From Candidatus Microgenomates bacterium (GTDB taxonomy: Bacteria; Patescibacteriota; Microgenomatia; UBA8517; JACQJR01), in the NCBI GenBank assembly GCA_016204995.1, contig JACQJR010000001.1:92548-156547 (forward strand): DNA of 64,000 nt. The letters are read 5' to 3'. A program made the position numbers and the translations under genes. Position 1 is the first letter of the stretch, and each line of letters starts with the position of its first letter. The notes under the pieces were generated by a model, which was not told the DNA's origin, did no database searches, and was given only the letters and a program-made list of their open reading frames with translations. Shown here one piece after another: positions 1-8,575 of the stretch.

Positions 1-179
1 CACATTAATTGTTGCTTGGCAAAAAAAAATTTATCGCCAAATAAATTTTGGGCCTGCACCACCGAAGCGTTAGTCATCATTAAAAATCCCACCACAGTCA
101 AAACCAGAGTTAAAATTACTAAAATTCTATCGGGACTAGCCACAGAAAAACTTATTCTTTTCAAATATGTTTTTGCCAT
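1..179 (-). CDS. ftsW: FtsW/RodA-family peptidoglycan polymerase, N-terminal part (runs off window start)
   Basis: Manual translation from ATG at 179: MAKTYLKRISFSVASPDRILVILTLVLTVVGFLMMTNASVVQAQNLFGDKFFFAKQQLM, matching the FtsW N-terminal pattern (D..L....L...G..M...AS....A.....D..FF.KQ). Lies directly downstream of murD. Not in the ORF track. Confidence 0.85.
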   Translation of the reverse strand, partial: MAKTYLKRISFSVASPDRILVILTLVLTVVGFLMMTNASVVQAQNLFGDKFFFAKQQLM

Positions 180-181
180 AA

Positions 182-256
182 GTGGGCTCATGGGCTTATA
201 GGCTATTTGGCTCTTAGGTAACCCAAGAGCCTAACTGCCCAATTGCCTAACAGCCT
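182..256. repeat. Inverted array of degenerate 8-mers (TGGGCTCT-like, then CCCAAGAG/CCTAACAG-like) spanning the murD stop and murD-ftsW spacer
   Basis: gtgggctc atgggctt ataggcta tttggctc ttaggtaa | cccaagag cctaactg cccaattg cctaacag. Shares AAGAGCCTAAC and GCCTAACAGCCT with 36572-36650. Confidence 0.7.
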
Positions 257-1580
257 TTTTAAATTGCTCTCCCCTGTCTTTATAATCTTTAAACATATCA
301 AAAGAGGCAGCCGAAGGAGACAAAAGAACTATGTCACCGCTTTCAGCTATTTGGGCCGCATTTTTAATAATTTCGGCCATATTTTTACCGCCGCCAATTA
401 ATTGCCCCTTAAAACCGGCATTTTCTAAATCTTGCTTAATTTGCCCCCCCACCTCTCCCATATAAATAATGGCTTTGACATTTTTCTTAGCTGCCAGTTT
501 TCTGGCCATTTCCGTATAGTCCAAACCTTTACTACTCCCACCCAATATCAAAATTAAAGGCTTACTAAAAGAATTAACTGCCGCCAGGGTGGGGGTCGGA
601 CTGGTCGCAAAAGAGTCGTTATAAAATTTAATCCCCTGGTACTCTCCCGCTAATTCCAAGCGATGTGGTAGACCGGCAAATGTAAATACTGCTTGTTTAA
701 TTCCCTCCACTGTAGCGCCAGCTAGTTTTGCTGCGCAAGTAGCCAAAACAATATTTTCCCAATTATGAGTACCCAGCAATAATAATTTATCTACGCTACC
801 GATTTCCACCGCCTTCTCTACATTTAAAACAATTTTGCCTTTTTTGATATATCCTCCTTTAACTTCTTCTTTAATACTGGCCCAAAAAACCTCTGCTTTA
901 GTTTTTGGGGCAAAACTGCAAGGAGTTTCATAGTCTTTCATTAAAACTACAAAATCTTTTTCTGTTTGAAATCTAACAATATTTTCTTTTGCCTGGACAT
1001 ATTCTTCTCTATTTTTATGCCAATCCAAATGGTCGGTCGTGATGTTCAAGACTACGGCAATATGAGGACTTCTTTCTATATCAATTAATTGAAAGGAGGA
1101 CATTTCCAGTACTACCAGGTCGGACCTCGTCAGATGCGATAATAATTCTAAATATGGCGTGCCAATGTTACCAGCCAGGTAAGTGTTTTTCCCAGAAGCC
1201 TTTAAACACTCATGAATTAAAGTAGCAGTCGTGCCTTTCCCTTTAGTGCCGGTGACGCCGATAATTCTAGCAGGGCATAGTTCAAAAAAAATATTAATGG
1301 CGCTAGTTAGTTTGGCCCCGCTTTTAACTGCTTCTGCAATCTCTGGTAAATCGGGCCGCACGCCTGGAGAACGGACAACGTAATCAAAACCGATTAGGCC
1401 ACCTTTTAAATAATCTGGGCCTGTCACCAGCTCAAACCCCGATTTAATCGGAGCCAGTTGCTCTTTTTCTTTTTGATCAAAAACAGTTACTAACGCTCCG
1501 TTTTGGAGAAGAAACTGCAGCGAATCCTGACCTTCAACCCCCAAACCAATTACTGCTACTTTTTTACCCTGGAATTTCAT
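231..1580 (-). CDS. murD: UDP-N-acetylmuramoyl-L-alanine--D-glutamate ligase
   Basis: VAVIGLGVEG, RSPGV, GVTGTKGKGTT, LEMSSFQL, DHLDWH, YNDSFAT and LLSPSAASFDMF motifs. ATG at 1580 preferred over TTG at 1589. Confidence 0.97.
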   Translation of the reverse strand: MKFQGKKVAVIGLGVEGQDSLQFLLQNGALVTVFDQKEKEQLAPIKSGFELVTGPDYLKGGLIGFDYVVRSPGVRPDLPEIAEAVKSGAKLTSAINIFFELCPARIIGVTGTKGKGTTATLIHECLKASGKNTYLAGNIGTPYLELLSHLTRSDLVVLEMSSFQLIDIERSPHIAVVLNITTDHLDWHKNREEYVQAKENIVRFQTEKDFVVLMKDYETPCSFAPKTKAEVFWASIKEEVKGGYIKKGKIVLNVEKAVEIGSVDKLLLLGTHNWENIVLATCAAKLAGATVEGIKQAVFTFAGLPHRLELAGEYQGIKFYNDSFATSPTPTLAAVNSFSKPLILILGGSSKGLDYTEMARKLAAKKNVKAIIYMGEVGGQIKQDLENAGFKGQLIGGGKNMAEIIKNAAQIAESGDIVLLSPSAASFDMFKDYKDRGEQFKKAVRQLGS

Positions 1581-1626
1581 ACTATACAATCTTTAAACAA
1601 ATTGTACACTTTTTTGCTAAATTTTC

Positions 1627-3228
1627 CTACGGAGCCACTTCTTGCCAGAGGCGGGAATGGCGGGAGAGGTCGCGGGGGAAAGTGAAGATTAAATCAGGAG
1701 CATATTCAATATACTCGGCCGGTTTAGTGTCATTTTTACCGTTTTGTCTGGTAGGATCCAAATCCCGTTGAAAATTAATGCCTGCCCAAGCAATTAAACT
1801 ACCCCTAACATATAATTGATCATCGCCGCTAGGGTTATGGCCGGTAGAAATAGTACCATTGGTAATAAATAATCCTTCCAGGGCTGGTTGGTTGGGATGA
1901 GAAACAGAGGGATCAATATTAATATTGCCGCTGACAATAGCCATAAAGAAACCCGTACCCTTATTAAGATTTATTTTACCGCCAATAGTTAAATTGCCAT
2001 TCACCAAAAGTATCACTTTTCTATCATTTAAATTTACCGTGGAGTTAATATTTAAATCACCATTACGATAATGCCAAACATAGCCACCCGATTCATAGCC
2101 GGAAATTAAATTGCCACCACTAATCTCCCCATCATTAATAATTGAACCAGAATCCGTAAACACTGCCGGCGGAGCGAGTGGGGCAAACCAGTTATAATTA
2201 AAAAATTTACCTTTATAGAACGATTTACCAATCCAGCCTTTAGAAGAAACACTACCGCTGCCAAAGGAACTATTGCCGCTATAAACAGCTATACCGGGGA
2301 ATCCCCCAGTTCCATCCTCAATCAGCTTTTTACCGGAAGGGAGAGCCGAGCTTATATCCCCATTGCTCCAAAAATCGGCATCCTTCCCCTGCCACCAGGG
2401 AGCCGGTTTAGAGCCTCCCCCGCCACCACAGCTATTACAATTAGTACTGCAACTACTTTCCGTGGTTTGATATGACTCACAAACATTATTAGTGCAACGA
2501 TAGCAAGTAATCGTGGGTCGACCCGCACAATTATCACAGTCAGTATTGCAAGGGTTGTCACTACTATAAGAAGTACAGGTATTATTCTGGCATTCATAAC
2601 AAGTATAATTATCTTGTCCACAGGAATTATCTTGCTGATTACAATCTCCTACATCATAACCGCAAACTCCGCTACCGTCTGACCAGGTATATTCCTTAAC
2701 ATGCTGACTTTTTTTATTACCGCAACATTGATTATATTCCCGATTATAATCACAGGTAGGACCAGGGGGAGGAGGACACCAACCACCACAACCGCCATCT
2801 TCTTGAGTACTATGAACATGGAAACTGCAATCGGTATGCCGATGAACTGTCTGACTCTGATTACACCCAATACATTCGTTATAAGTAGCCTCTTCGCAAG
2901 AAGGAGGAGGAGCGGGACTACAACCACACTCTTCGGCACAAGAAGAATGACCAGCCGCTGGATCGTTAGATTCACCGTTACAAAAATAAACAGGGTCACC
3001 AATCTCATCATAGTAAACACTACAAGTACCACTCCAAGCAATATTACACAATGCACCAGATGGATAAGAACAGCAATAATTATCCCCTGTATAACTACAA
3101 GGAATACCTATATCCTCTGGTCCGCAAGCGAAAATTCTTTGAGAGTTAGCACCGAAAATAACAAATAATAAAACAAAAATCCCTAGGAGGATACTGAAAT
3201 GGGAGAACAGGAGAAGGCTTCTCAACAT
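1627..3228 (-). CDS. Secreted/surface protein: N-terminal hydrophobic segment, Cys-rich repeat region, Gly linker, Cys-free beta-rich C-terminal domain
   Basis: 533-aa ORF with about 34 Cys in the first half, internal repeats, a GGGGG linker and GDLNI/GNLTI/GNINI-type motifs in the C-terminal half. Confidence 0.8.
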   Translation of the reverse strand: MLRSLLLFSHFSILLGIFVLLFVIFGANSQRIFACGPEDIGIPCSYTGDNYCCSYPSGALCNIAWSGTCSVYYDEIGDPVYFCNGESNDPAAGHSSCAEECGCSPAPPPSCEEATYNECIGCNQSQTVHRHTDCSFHVHSTQEDGGCGGWCPPPPGPTCDYNREYNQCCGNKKSQHVKEYTWSDGSGVCGYDVGDCNQQDNSCGQDNYTCYECQNNTCTSYSSDNPCNTDCDNCAGRPTITCYRCTNNVCESYQTTESSCSTNCNSCGGGGGSKPAPWWQGKDADFWSNGDISSALPSGKKLIEDGTGGFPGIAVYSGNSSFGSGSVSSKGWIGKSFYKGKFFNYNWFAPLAPPAVFTDSGSIINDGEISGGNLISGYESGGYVWHYRNGDLNINSTVNLNDRKVILLVNGNLTIGGKINLNKGTGFFMAIVSGNINIDPSVSHPNQPALEGLFITNGTISTGHNPSGDDQLYVRGSLIAWAGINFQRDLDPTRQNGKNDTKPAEYIEYAPDLIFTFPRDLSRHSRLWQEVAP

Positions 3229-3231
3229 GGT

Positions 3232-3786
3232 TTATTTCTGTAAACGTTTATCGTAAATAAATTGATCACCTAATATTCTGTTTTTATTATCTGCAATAGG
3301 CTTAATAAATAAACTTCCATATAACTGAACGCCTAGTGGGATAACCTCTAGTTTGACAGCCGTAGCGCCACCCTGGCCATTCTCCTCTACGATATAAAAC
3401 TTCGTAGCTATTTTATCGTCACCCCTAGAAAGTCGGTTAGGCACAGTTAAGGTGTGACCACTAGAATCTTGCAAAACAATTTTGTCATCGTCTTTGGCAA
3501 TAAGCTTACCCTTTGCACCAACTCTCCACTCATATAATAAAGGATTTTTCAAAAGCTCCAAGCTAATCGGCAATTCTGGTTCTTTAACTTGTTTTTCTTG
3601 GGTGAATGATCTATTAGAAGGTTGAGCGGGGTTATTAATATCTTTTTGAGGAAGAATATAAGGACTACTAAAAATACCTATTACCAAACCTAGAAAAAGT
3701 GTTAAAAAGGAAATAATTATCTTAAGACTATTATCAGAACCAGTTTTAATTATGTTTGATGATTGTGGAGCAGTTTGATCCATCAA
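3232..3786 (-). CDS. Hypothetical single-pass membrane protein
   Basis: 184-aa ORF with one hydrophobic helix (IIISFLTLFLGLVIGIF); 3-bp spacing to the next gene. Confidence 0.75.
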   Translation of the reverse strand: MMDQTAPQSSNIIKTGSDNSLKIIISFLTLFLGLVIGIFSSPYILPQKDINNPAQPSNRSFTQEKQVKEPELPISLELLKNPLLYEWRVGAKGKLIAKDDDKIVLQDSSGHTLTVPNRLSRGDDKIATKFYIVEENGQGGATAVKLEVIPLGVQLYGSLFIKPIADNKNRILGDQFIYDKRLQK

Positions 3787-3836
3787 TTCATCATTACAGA
3801 AAATTCTTGTGATGTCAACCTAAAGAATAGAAGTTT

Positions 3837-4559
3837 TTAGGGAAGAGAACATTTGCAAATTCCTTCTAAATTCTTCTGGCCTGTTTCTCTAGACACTGAA
3901 ACATTACCACCTAGTGATTTATTAAGAATATTCAGATAAGAAGATATAAGAGTATCTTTACCAACCCCATTTAATCTTAATGTAAATTGTCTAGTAACAC
4001 CCGGAACCCTTATGGGAGCAGTAGGTGGACCATAAGATCCCTCTTTTGCAGTTAGAGTACCAATGATGGAGTTATTATTAACCACTTGTCCCTCTATATG
4101 TCTGTATGTTCCGTAGTCAATTGTAAGATTGTTCTGATTATGGTCTCCTAAAATTTGAGAATTAAAAAGGCGACCCCCAGCACTGTCAGAAGGATATGGA
4201 TCAAATACAATAAAGAATAATTTGTTACTATCCGGAATGATTCCAACCAGCATATCTCCCTCATCCTTCCCCTCATTCTGCACTTTACCCACATAAACAC
4301 CATAAGGTTCAAATTTTAATTTGTCAGGAGAAACAGTTGGCTCGGGAGAAGGGGTAGAAGTTGAAGTTGATGTTGATGTGGGCTCTGGAGTATTAGTATA
4401 TATTGGTTCTGGTGTGGATGGTTCAGCCTGCACAGAAGCAGGAATAGACTTATTCAGCCTAGAAAGGGCTGCGCCCACGCCTCCGGCTACACCAGCTGCA
4501 CCTAGTGTTCCCAATACTAATTTTTTTAAAAAATTACGGCGTGATATTTCTCTTTCCAT
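3837..4559 (-). CDS. Exported protein with twin-arginine-like signal and P/T/S-rich linker
   Basis: MEREISRRNFLKKLVLGTLGAAGVAGG, then EPSTPEP..TSTSTSTPSPEPT, and a C-terminal CKC. ATG at 4559 avoids overlap with the upstream gene. Confidence 0.75.
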   Translation of the reverse strand: MEREISRRNFLKKLVLGTLGAAGVAGGVGAALSRLNKSIPASVQAEPSTPEPIYTNTPEPTSTSTSTSTPSPEPTVSPDKLKFEPYGVYVGKVQNEGKDEGDMLVGIIPDSNKLFFIVFDPYPSDSAGGRLFNSQILGDHNQNNLTIDYGTYRHIEGQVVNNNSIIGTLTAKEGSYGPPTAPIRVPGVTRQFTLRLNGVGKDTLISSYLNILNKSLGGNVSVSRETGQKNLEGICKCSLP

Positions 4560-4563
4560 ATTT

Positions 4564-5538
4564 TCAACTAGGTTTACCAAACATTACCACACAAAGCAAC
4601 ATTTGAATAGGTTCTTCGAATTGTGGTCTAAAGTAATTTTTTTCTAACGCGCAACCAGAAGCTATTTGTGTCCAATCGCCCATTATTACATCTCTATGTC
4701 CAGCACTTGATAACCATTGATTTACACGCTGAGATAATACAGTAAGCCAATCACTTTGAGTTTTTAATAAATCTAGTCTAAGTAATGTATTAAAGCCTAT
4801 TATTTCGCTAGCCCTCCCTTTGTAGCCCTCCTCCGCCGCTCTACTATTGGGTGTACCCTTATATGAATGGGGGTCTCCGGCCAAAGTGGTCCATGAAAGA
4901 GTAGGATCAGCACCAGGGTGATCAAGCCATTTTATATCATGTAAATATAAAGCATATTTTTCAGCTGTTGATTGCAAAATTGAAGATTGCTCTAAAGGTG
5001 GAAGACCATTTTTTTGACGGGCTTGATTGATTAAATTAGACACTATTTTAGATTTACTAACATCTACTTGAAAAAAAAGCTCTTGACTAACATCTATTTC
5101 TGGTTTAGCGGTAAGTACAACTTTAGGCACGACAATTTCGGGAACTGCAGTAGCGGTGGGAGGGACTGCTGTGCGGGTAGGAATGGCAGGGGTTCTTGTA
5201 GGGGGCACTGCTGTTTCGGTAGGCACTTCCGTAGGTACCTCGGTAGGAGTGGCCGTGGCAGTAGCGGTCGCAGTGGCAATTTCTGTGGCTGTCGCAATAG
5301 GAACAATAGTTGGTGTATCTATGGGAAGAGGAGGAGCAGGCTCGGTAATTGGAATATTACCCATCGGGGGAGCTTCAGTGGGTGTCCAGGCATTGGCCTG
5401 AACTCGCAAGACTACACCAGTCAAAGCAGCAGCCGCAGCCGCAGCCAAAGTGGTGGCAGCGGCCAAAATTGGAATTTTGTGCTTTCTAACAGCTTGAGGA
5501 ATGGGTTGATTTTCGGCTGTAGCCATACTCTCCTCCAT
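4564..5538 (-). CDS. CAP (SCP/PR-1) domain protein with membrane anchor and Pro/Thr/Ala-rich stalk
   Basis: CAP motifs LINQARQKNGLPPL, EIIG and WLSSAGHRDVIM; ATATATAT/PTEVPTEVPTE linker. Confidence 0.88.
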   Translation of the reverse strand: MEESMATAENQPIPQAVRKHKIPILAAATTLAAAAAAALTGVVLRVQANAWTPTEAPPMGNIPITEPAPPLPIDTPTIVPIATATEIATATATATATPTEVPTEVPTETAVPPTRTPAIPTRTAVPPTATAVPEIVVPKVVLTAKPEIDVSQELFFQVDVSKSKIVSNLINQARQKNGLPPLEQSSILQSTAEKYALYLHDIKWLDHPGADPTLSWTTLAGDPHSYKGTPNSRAAEEGYKGRASEIIGFNTLLRLDLLKTQSDWLTVLSQRVNQWLSSAGHRDVIMGDWTQIASGCALEKNYFRPQFEEPIQMLLCVVMFGKPS

Positions 5539-5540
5539 AT

Positions 5541-5837
5541 TTAATTATACCATATTTCTGCACTTTTGGCTTTAAATATGCTGGCCTTGGGATGGATTTC
5601 TTCTAAAGCAGCAATTCTTTCTTCCTTATCAGAAACTTGACCTAAACCAACTTCATATTCTATCTTCCTTGTTTCCAAATCTCCTATTAACTCATCCATT
5701 TTGTCATAAAATTCCTTCTTAGTAGGTAGATGATTAATCTTTTCGTTGATATCATCAAGCTCCTGTTTAACCTCAACCTTTACGGTTTCCTGCACAATTT
5801 CTTGAATTTTGATTAAGTCATTTTGAGTTAGTGCCAT
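5541..5837 (-). CDS. Small coiled-coil hypothetical protein
   Basis: 98 aa, MALTQNDLIKIQEIV...HLPTKKEFYDKMD...RIAALE; charged helical composition. Confidence 0.75.
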   Translation of the reverse strand: MALTQNDLIKIQEIVQETVKVEVKQELDDINEKINHLPTKKEFYDKMDELIGDLETRKIEYEVGLGQVSDKEERIAALEEIHPKASIFKAKSAEIWYN

Positions 5838-5896
5838 ACTTCTATTAAAGCTAGTGAAACATCTTCTGTCAATCTTTAAAGATACTTCAGCCTTAC

Positions 5897-5930
5897 ACCT
5901 CGTAGGTTTCGTGCGTACGACCTACGAGGT
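5897..5930. repeat. Intergenic hairpin (REP-like or terminator)
   Basis: ACCTCGTAGGT...ACCTACGAGGT 11-bp inverted repeat around a 12-nt spacer; a second palindrome CGACGATCGTCG at 5967-5978. Confidence 0.7.
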
Positions 5931-5987
5931 CAAACAAAATATTAAAAGTTATCTAGACAAAACATCCGACGATCGTCGTGTATTTTG

Positions 5988-6134
5988 TCAATTTAATCTC
6001 TCTATTCCGGAATGGGGGAGCATGAGCCCCTCAATTTTTCTCCACAGCTCTTGTGTAACCTCGTCAACACTACCAGAATTATCAATTTTTATATCGGCGT
6101 TTTTTATTACTTCCACTATTCCAGCTTCTCTCAT
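5988..6134 (-). CDS. 48-aa ORF coupled to mraY; resembles the C-terminal end of a P-loop (dephospho-CoA/NMP-like) kinase, possibly a remnant
   Basis: ATGA overlap with the mraY stop; MREAGIVEVIKNADIKIDNSGSVDEVTQELWRKIE contains the AD.xIDNSG...E pattern. Confidence 0.45.
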   Translation of the reverse strand: MREAGIVEVIKNADIKIDNSGSVDEVTQELWRKIEGLMLPHSGIERLN

Positions 6135-7171
6135 ATTAGCGCTAGCCATAAACCGAAAATAGCCAGGAGTGCCCCCGCCAGCCAGGCCCGCATGACAATT
6201 TTGGGCTCTTCCCATTTAATAGCCTGCAGCAGCAGGTGAAATGGGGCAATGGGTAATACGGGATGGCCTAAAAATTTACGAGCCCCAATTTGAATAAAAC
6301 TGGAAAAAGCTTCAGCGATAAAAATTCCGCTAATTACAGCCACGGCAAAAATTTTCCCGGTCAAAAGACCAATAACAGCTAGGGTCGCTCCAAAAGCCAG
6401 TGCCCCAGTGTCCCCCATAAAAATCCGGGCCGGCCAAATATTAAAGTATAGAAAGGCAAATAAAGCACCAATCCAGAGGGCAATAAATATAGACAGGGGG
6501 GTATCAAAAACAGTTCCGGCAATAATCCATAAAGCAAATAAACAAATAAGCAAAAGTCCACCGGCCAAACCATCTAAACCATCGGTGATATTAACAGCAT
6601 TGGTAAATGCCACCATCACAAAGGCGGCAAAAGGTACATACCACCAGCCTAAATGGAATAGATTTTCCATAATCGGAATATGCACAATATCAATCTTTAA
6701 ATTGTTCCACATTAAAAATCCTATCGCGAGAGCAATGATCCATTGAGCAGCAAATTTCCATCTGCGGCCAATACCAAATATATTGCCCATTTGACCAGCC
6801 TTTGGTTTGCCAAAAAACTTCATTAAATCATCATAAAATCCCAGCAGTCCAAAACCGATAAAAGTCAAGAAAATAATTCTGACTTCGTCTACTAAAGGAT
6901 AAGCCGAAGAGATGGGTATGCCGAGCAAGGAAAAAGCGGGAAATAGTACTACAAATAATAATGACACTACGCTAATGATCAAGAGGCCTCCTCCCACTGG
7001 TGTACCCGCTTTCCAGTCATGCATTTTGTCAAAAAAGGGAATTTTCTTTTTATTTTTAGGGGCTTCGTGCCTGCGGGTAAACTTTAGCCGATAAAGCAAA
7101 TTAATAAAGGGAATGATTAAAATACTGGTGATGATGAAGGAAAATATTAATAGTCCTAAAGATAGTGCCAT
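6131..7171 (-). CDS. mraY: Phospho-N-acetylmuramoyl-pentapeptide transferase
   Basis: KAGTPVGGG, GFYDDL, NAVNITDGLDGLA, PARIFMGDTG and APFH motifs; about 10 TM segments. Confidence 0.97.
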   Translation of the reverse strand: MALSLGLLIFSFIITSILIIPFINLLYRLKFTRRHEAPKNKKKIPFFDKMHDWKAGTPVGGGLLIISVVSLLFVVLFPAFSLLGIPISSAYPLVDEVRIIFLTFIGFGLLGFYDDLMKFFGKPKAGQMGNIFGIGRRWKFAAQWIIALAIGFLMWNNLKIDIVHIPIMENLFHLGWWYVPFAAFVMVAFTNAVNITDGLDGLAGGLLLICLFALWIIAGTVFDTPLSIFIALWIGALFAFLYFNIWPARIFMGDTGALAFGATLAVIGLLTGKIFAVAVISGIFIAEAFSSFIQIGARKFLGHPVLPIAPFHLLLQAIKWEEPKIVMRAWLAGALLAIFGLWLALI

Positions 7172-7178
7172 ATAATAA

Positions 7179-7290
7179 AATTAACCTAATTGCTCTAATT
7201 GACCTAATTTCTAAATAATGACCAAGATTAGAAATTTTTCCTGATTTGGGATTTATTTAGGTAAATTAGGAATTAGAATAATTAGAAATT
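7179..7290. repeat. CTAATT/AATTAG-based inverted repeat element, copy 1 (murA-mraY spacer)
   Basis: Left arm (CTAATTGAC/TTCTAAT)n, right arm (AATTAGAA)n; related to 12678-12766 and 30987-31073. Confidence 0.75.
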
Positions 7291-7295
7291 TTCGT

Positions 7296-8555
7296 TTATT
7301 CTACTCTTGTTATTTCTGCGCCTAATTTGGCAAGTCTTCCATCTAAATCCTCGTAACCCCGATCAATAATTTCAGCATGTTCAATAGTGGACTCACCATC
7401 AGCACCAAGAGCTGCTAACACTAGAGCCGAACCTGCTCTAATATCATTAGAGGGAATATTATCCGCCCGTAGTTTAGTCGGCCCATTCACCACGATCCGA
7501 TGTGGATCGGCAATGGTGATGTCCGCCCCCATTTTGATTAAATGATCCACGAAAAATATCCGCCACTCATACATCCAATCGTGACAGATCACAGTTCCTT
7601 TAGACTGCGTTGCCAAAACAATGAAGGGGCTCATTAAATCAGTGGGAAAACCAGGCCATGGCCTGGTTTGGAAAGTTTTGCGGTTTGCCGCTAGCTCTCC
7701 CGGCATAATTTCCAGTTGATTTTCACTCGTCTTATATTGCACTCCTAAATGTCCTAAATAAGCCAAGATCATTTTTAGATTTTTAGTAGTAACTTCATTA
7801 ATCGTGATATGGCCGCCAGTTAAGGCCGCCGCGATAGCAAAGGTGCCTACGTCAATATGGTCATCAATTACTCGATGAGTAGTGCCAATAAGTTCCTTTT
7901 TGCCGGTAATATTTAAAATATTAGTGCCTCCGCCGATAATATCAGCTCCAGTTTTACTTAAAAACTGCGCTAAATCCTGAATATGAGGCTCTGCCGCCGC
8001 ATCTTCAATCACTGTATTACCTTCAATATTAGCCCCTAAAATCAATCCCATGGCGGTAGCCGTCACCGAAGCTTCTTCTAAAAAGATCTCGGCCGGTTTT
8101 AAATTAGCCCCATCTAACTCAAAAACCCCATTACGCTCATCAATAGTTACCCCGAATTCATGAAGCAAACTAAAATGTGTATCCAGCAGACGTTCGCCGA
8201 TAGAATCTCCGCCCGGAGGAGTAATGGTGGCTTTTTTAAAGCGGGCTAGGAGCGGAGCCGCCAAAAGTACTGAAGCCCGGAATTTGCTCATTAGGGTTGG
8301 ATCTGTCTCCCATTTAGAAAGGCCGGAAGGATCAATTTTTAAAATGTTCGTACCTACACCCTCCACTTTTACTCCCAAACCTTCCAAAATTTGGGCCATA
8401 AACATCACATCCCGAATAATAGGCACATTGGTAAGGGTAACCGGGGAATTAGTCACCAGTGAGGCTGCCATCAGAGGAAGAGCGGCATTCTTGTTGCCGG
8501 CGGCGCTAATTTCACCTGTCAGGGCCTTACCGCCCTTAACCTTAAATTGAGCCAT
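7296..8555 (-). CDS. murA: UDP-N-acetylglucosamine 1-carboxyvinyltransferase (Asp at the catalytic Cys position)
   Basis: GNKNAALP, FRASVL, PGGDSIGERLLDTH, WPGFPTDL, DIRAG and IDRGYE motifs. Confidence 0.97.
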   Translation of the reverse strand: MAQFKVKGGKALTGEISAAGNKNAALPLMAASLVTNSPVTLTNVPIIRDVMFMAQILEGLGVKVEGVGTNILKIDPSGLSKWETDPTLMSKFRASVLLAAPLLARFKKATITPPGGDSIGERLLDTHFSLLHEFGVTIDERNGVFELDGANLKPAEIFLEEASVTATAMGLILGANIEGNTVIEDAAAEPHIQDLAQFLSKTGADIIGGGTNILNITGKKELIGTTHRVIDDHIDVGTFAIAAALTGGHITINEVTTKNLKMILAYLGHLGVQYKTSENQLEIMPGELAANRKTFQTRPWPGFPTDLMSPFIVLATQSKGTVICHDWMYEWRIFFVDHLIKMGADITIADPHRIVVNGPTKLRADNIPSNDIRAGSALVLAALGADGESTIEHAEIIDRGYEDLDGRLAKLGAEITRVE

Positions 8556-8575
8556 ACCTTTTTATTGTAGCATGA

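Noticed and set aside
16-201. 61-aa plus-strand ORF
   Set aside because: Antisense shadow of the ftsW N-terminus on the minus strand.
2352-5544. Several alternative-frame and antisense ORFs (2352-2621, 2649-3056, 2701-3168, 4321-4647, 5068-5544, 5156-5401)
   Set aside because: Shadows of Cys-rich and Pro/Thr-rich low-complexity coding regions; no independent motifs.
5854-6162. 102-aa plus-strand ORF
   Set aside because: Runs through hairpins, overlaps the mraY end in antisense and has no recognisable motif.
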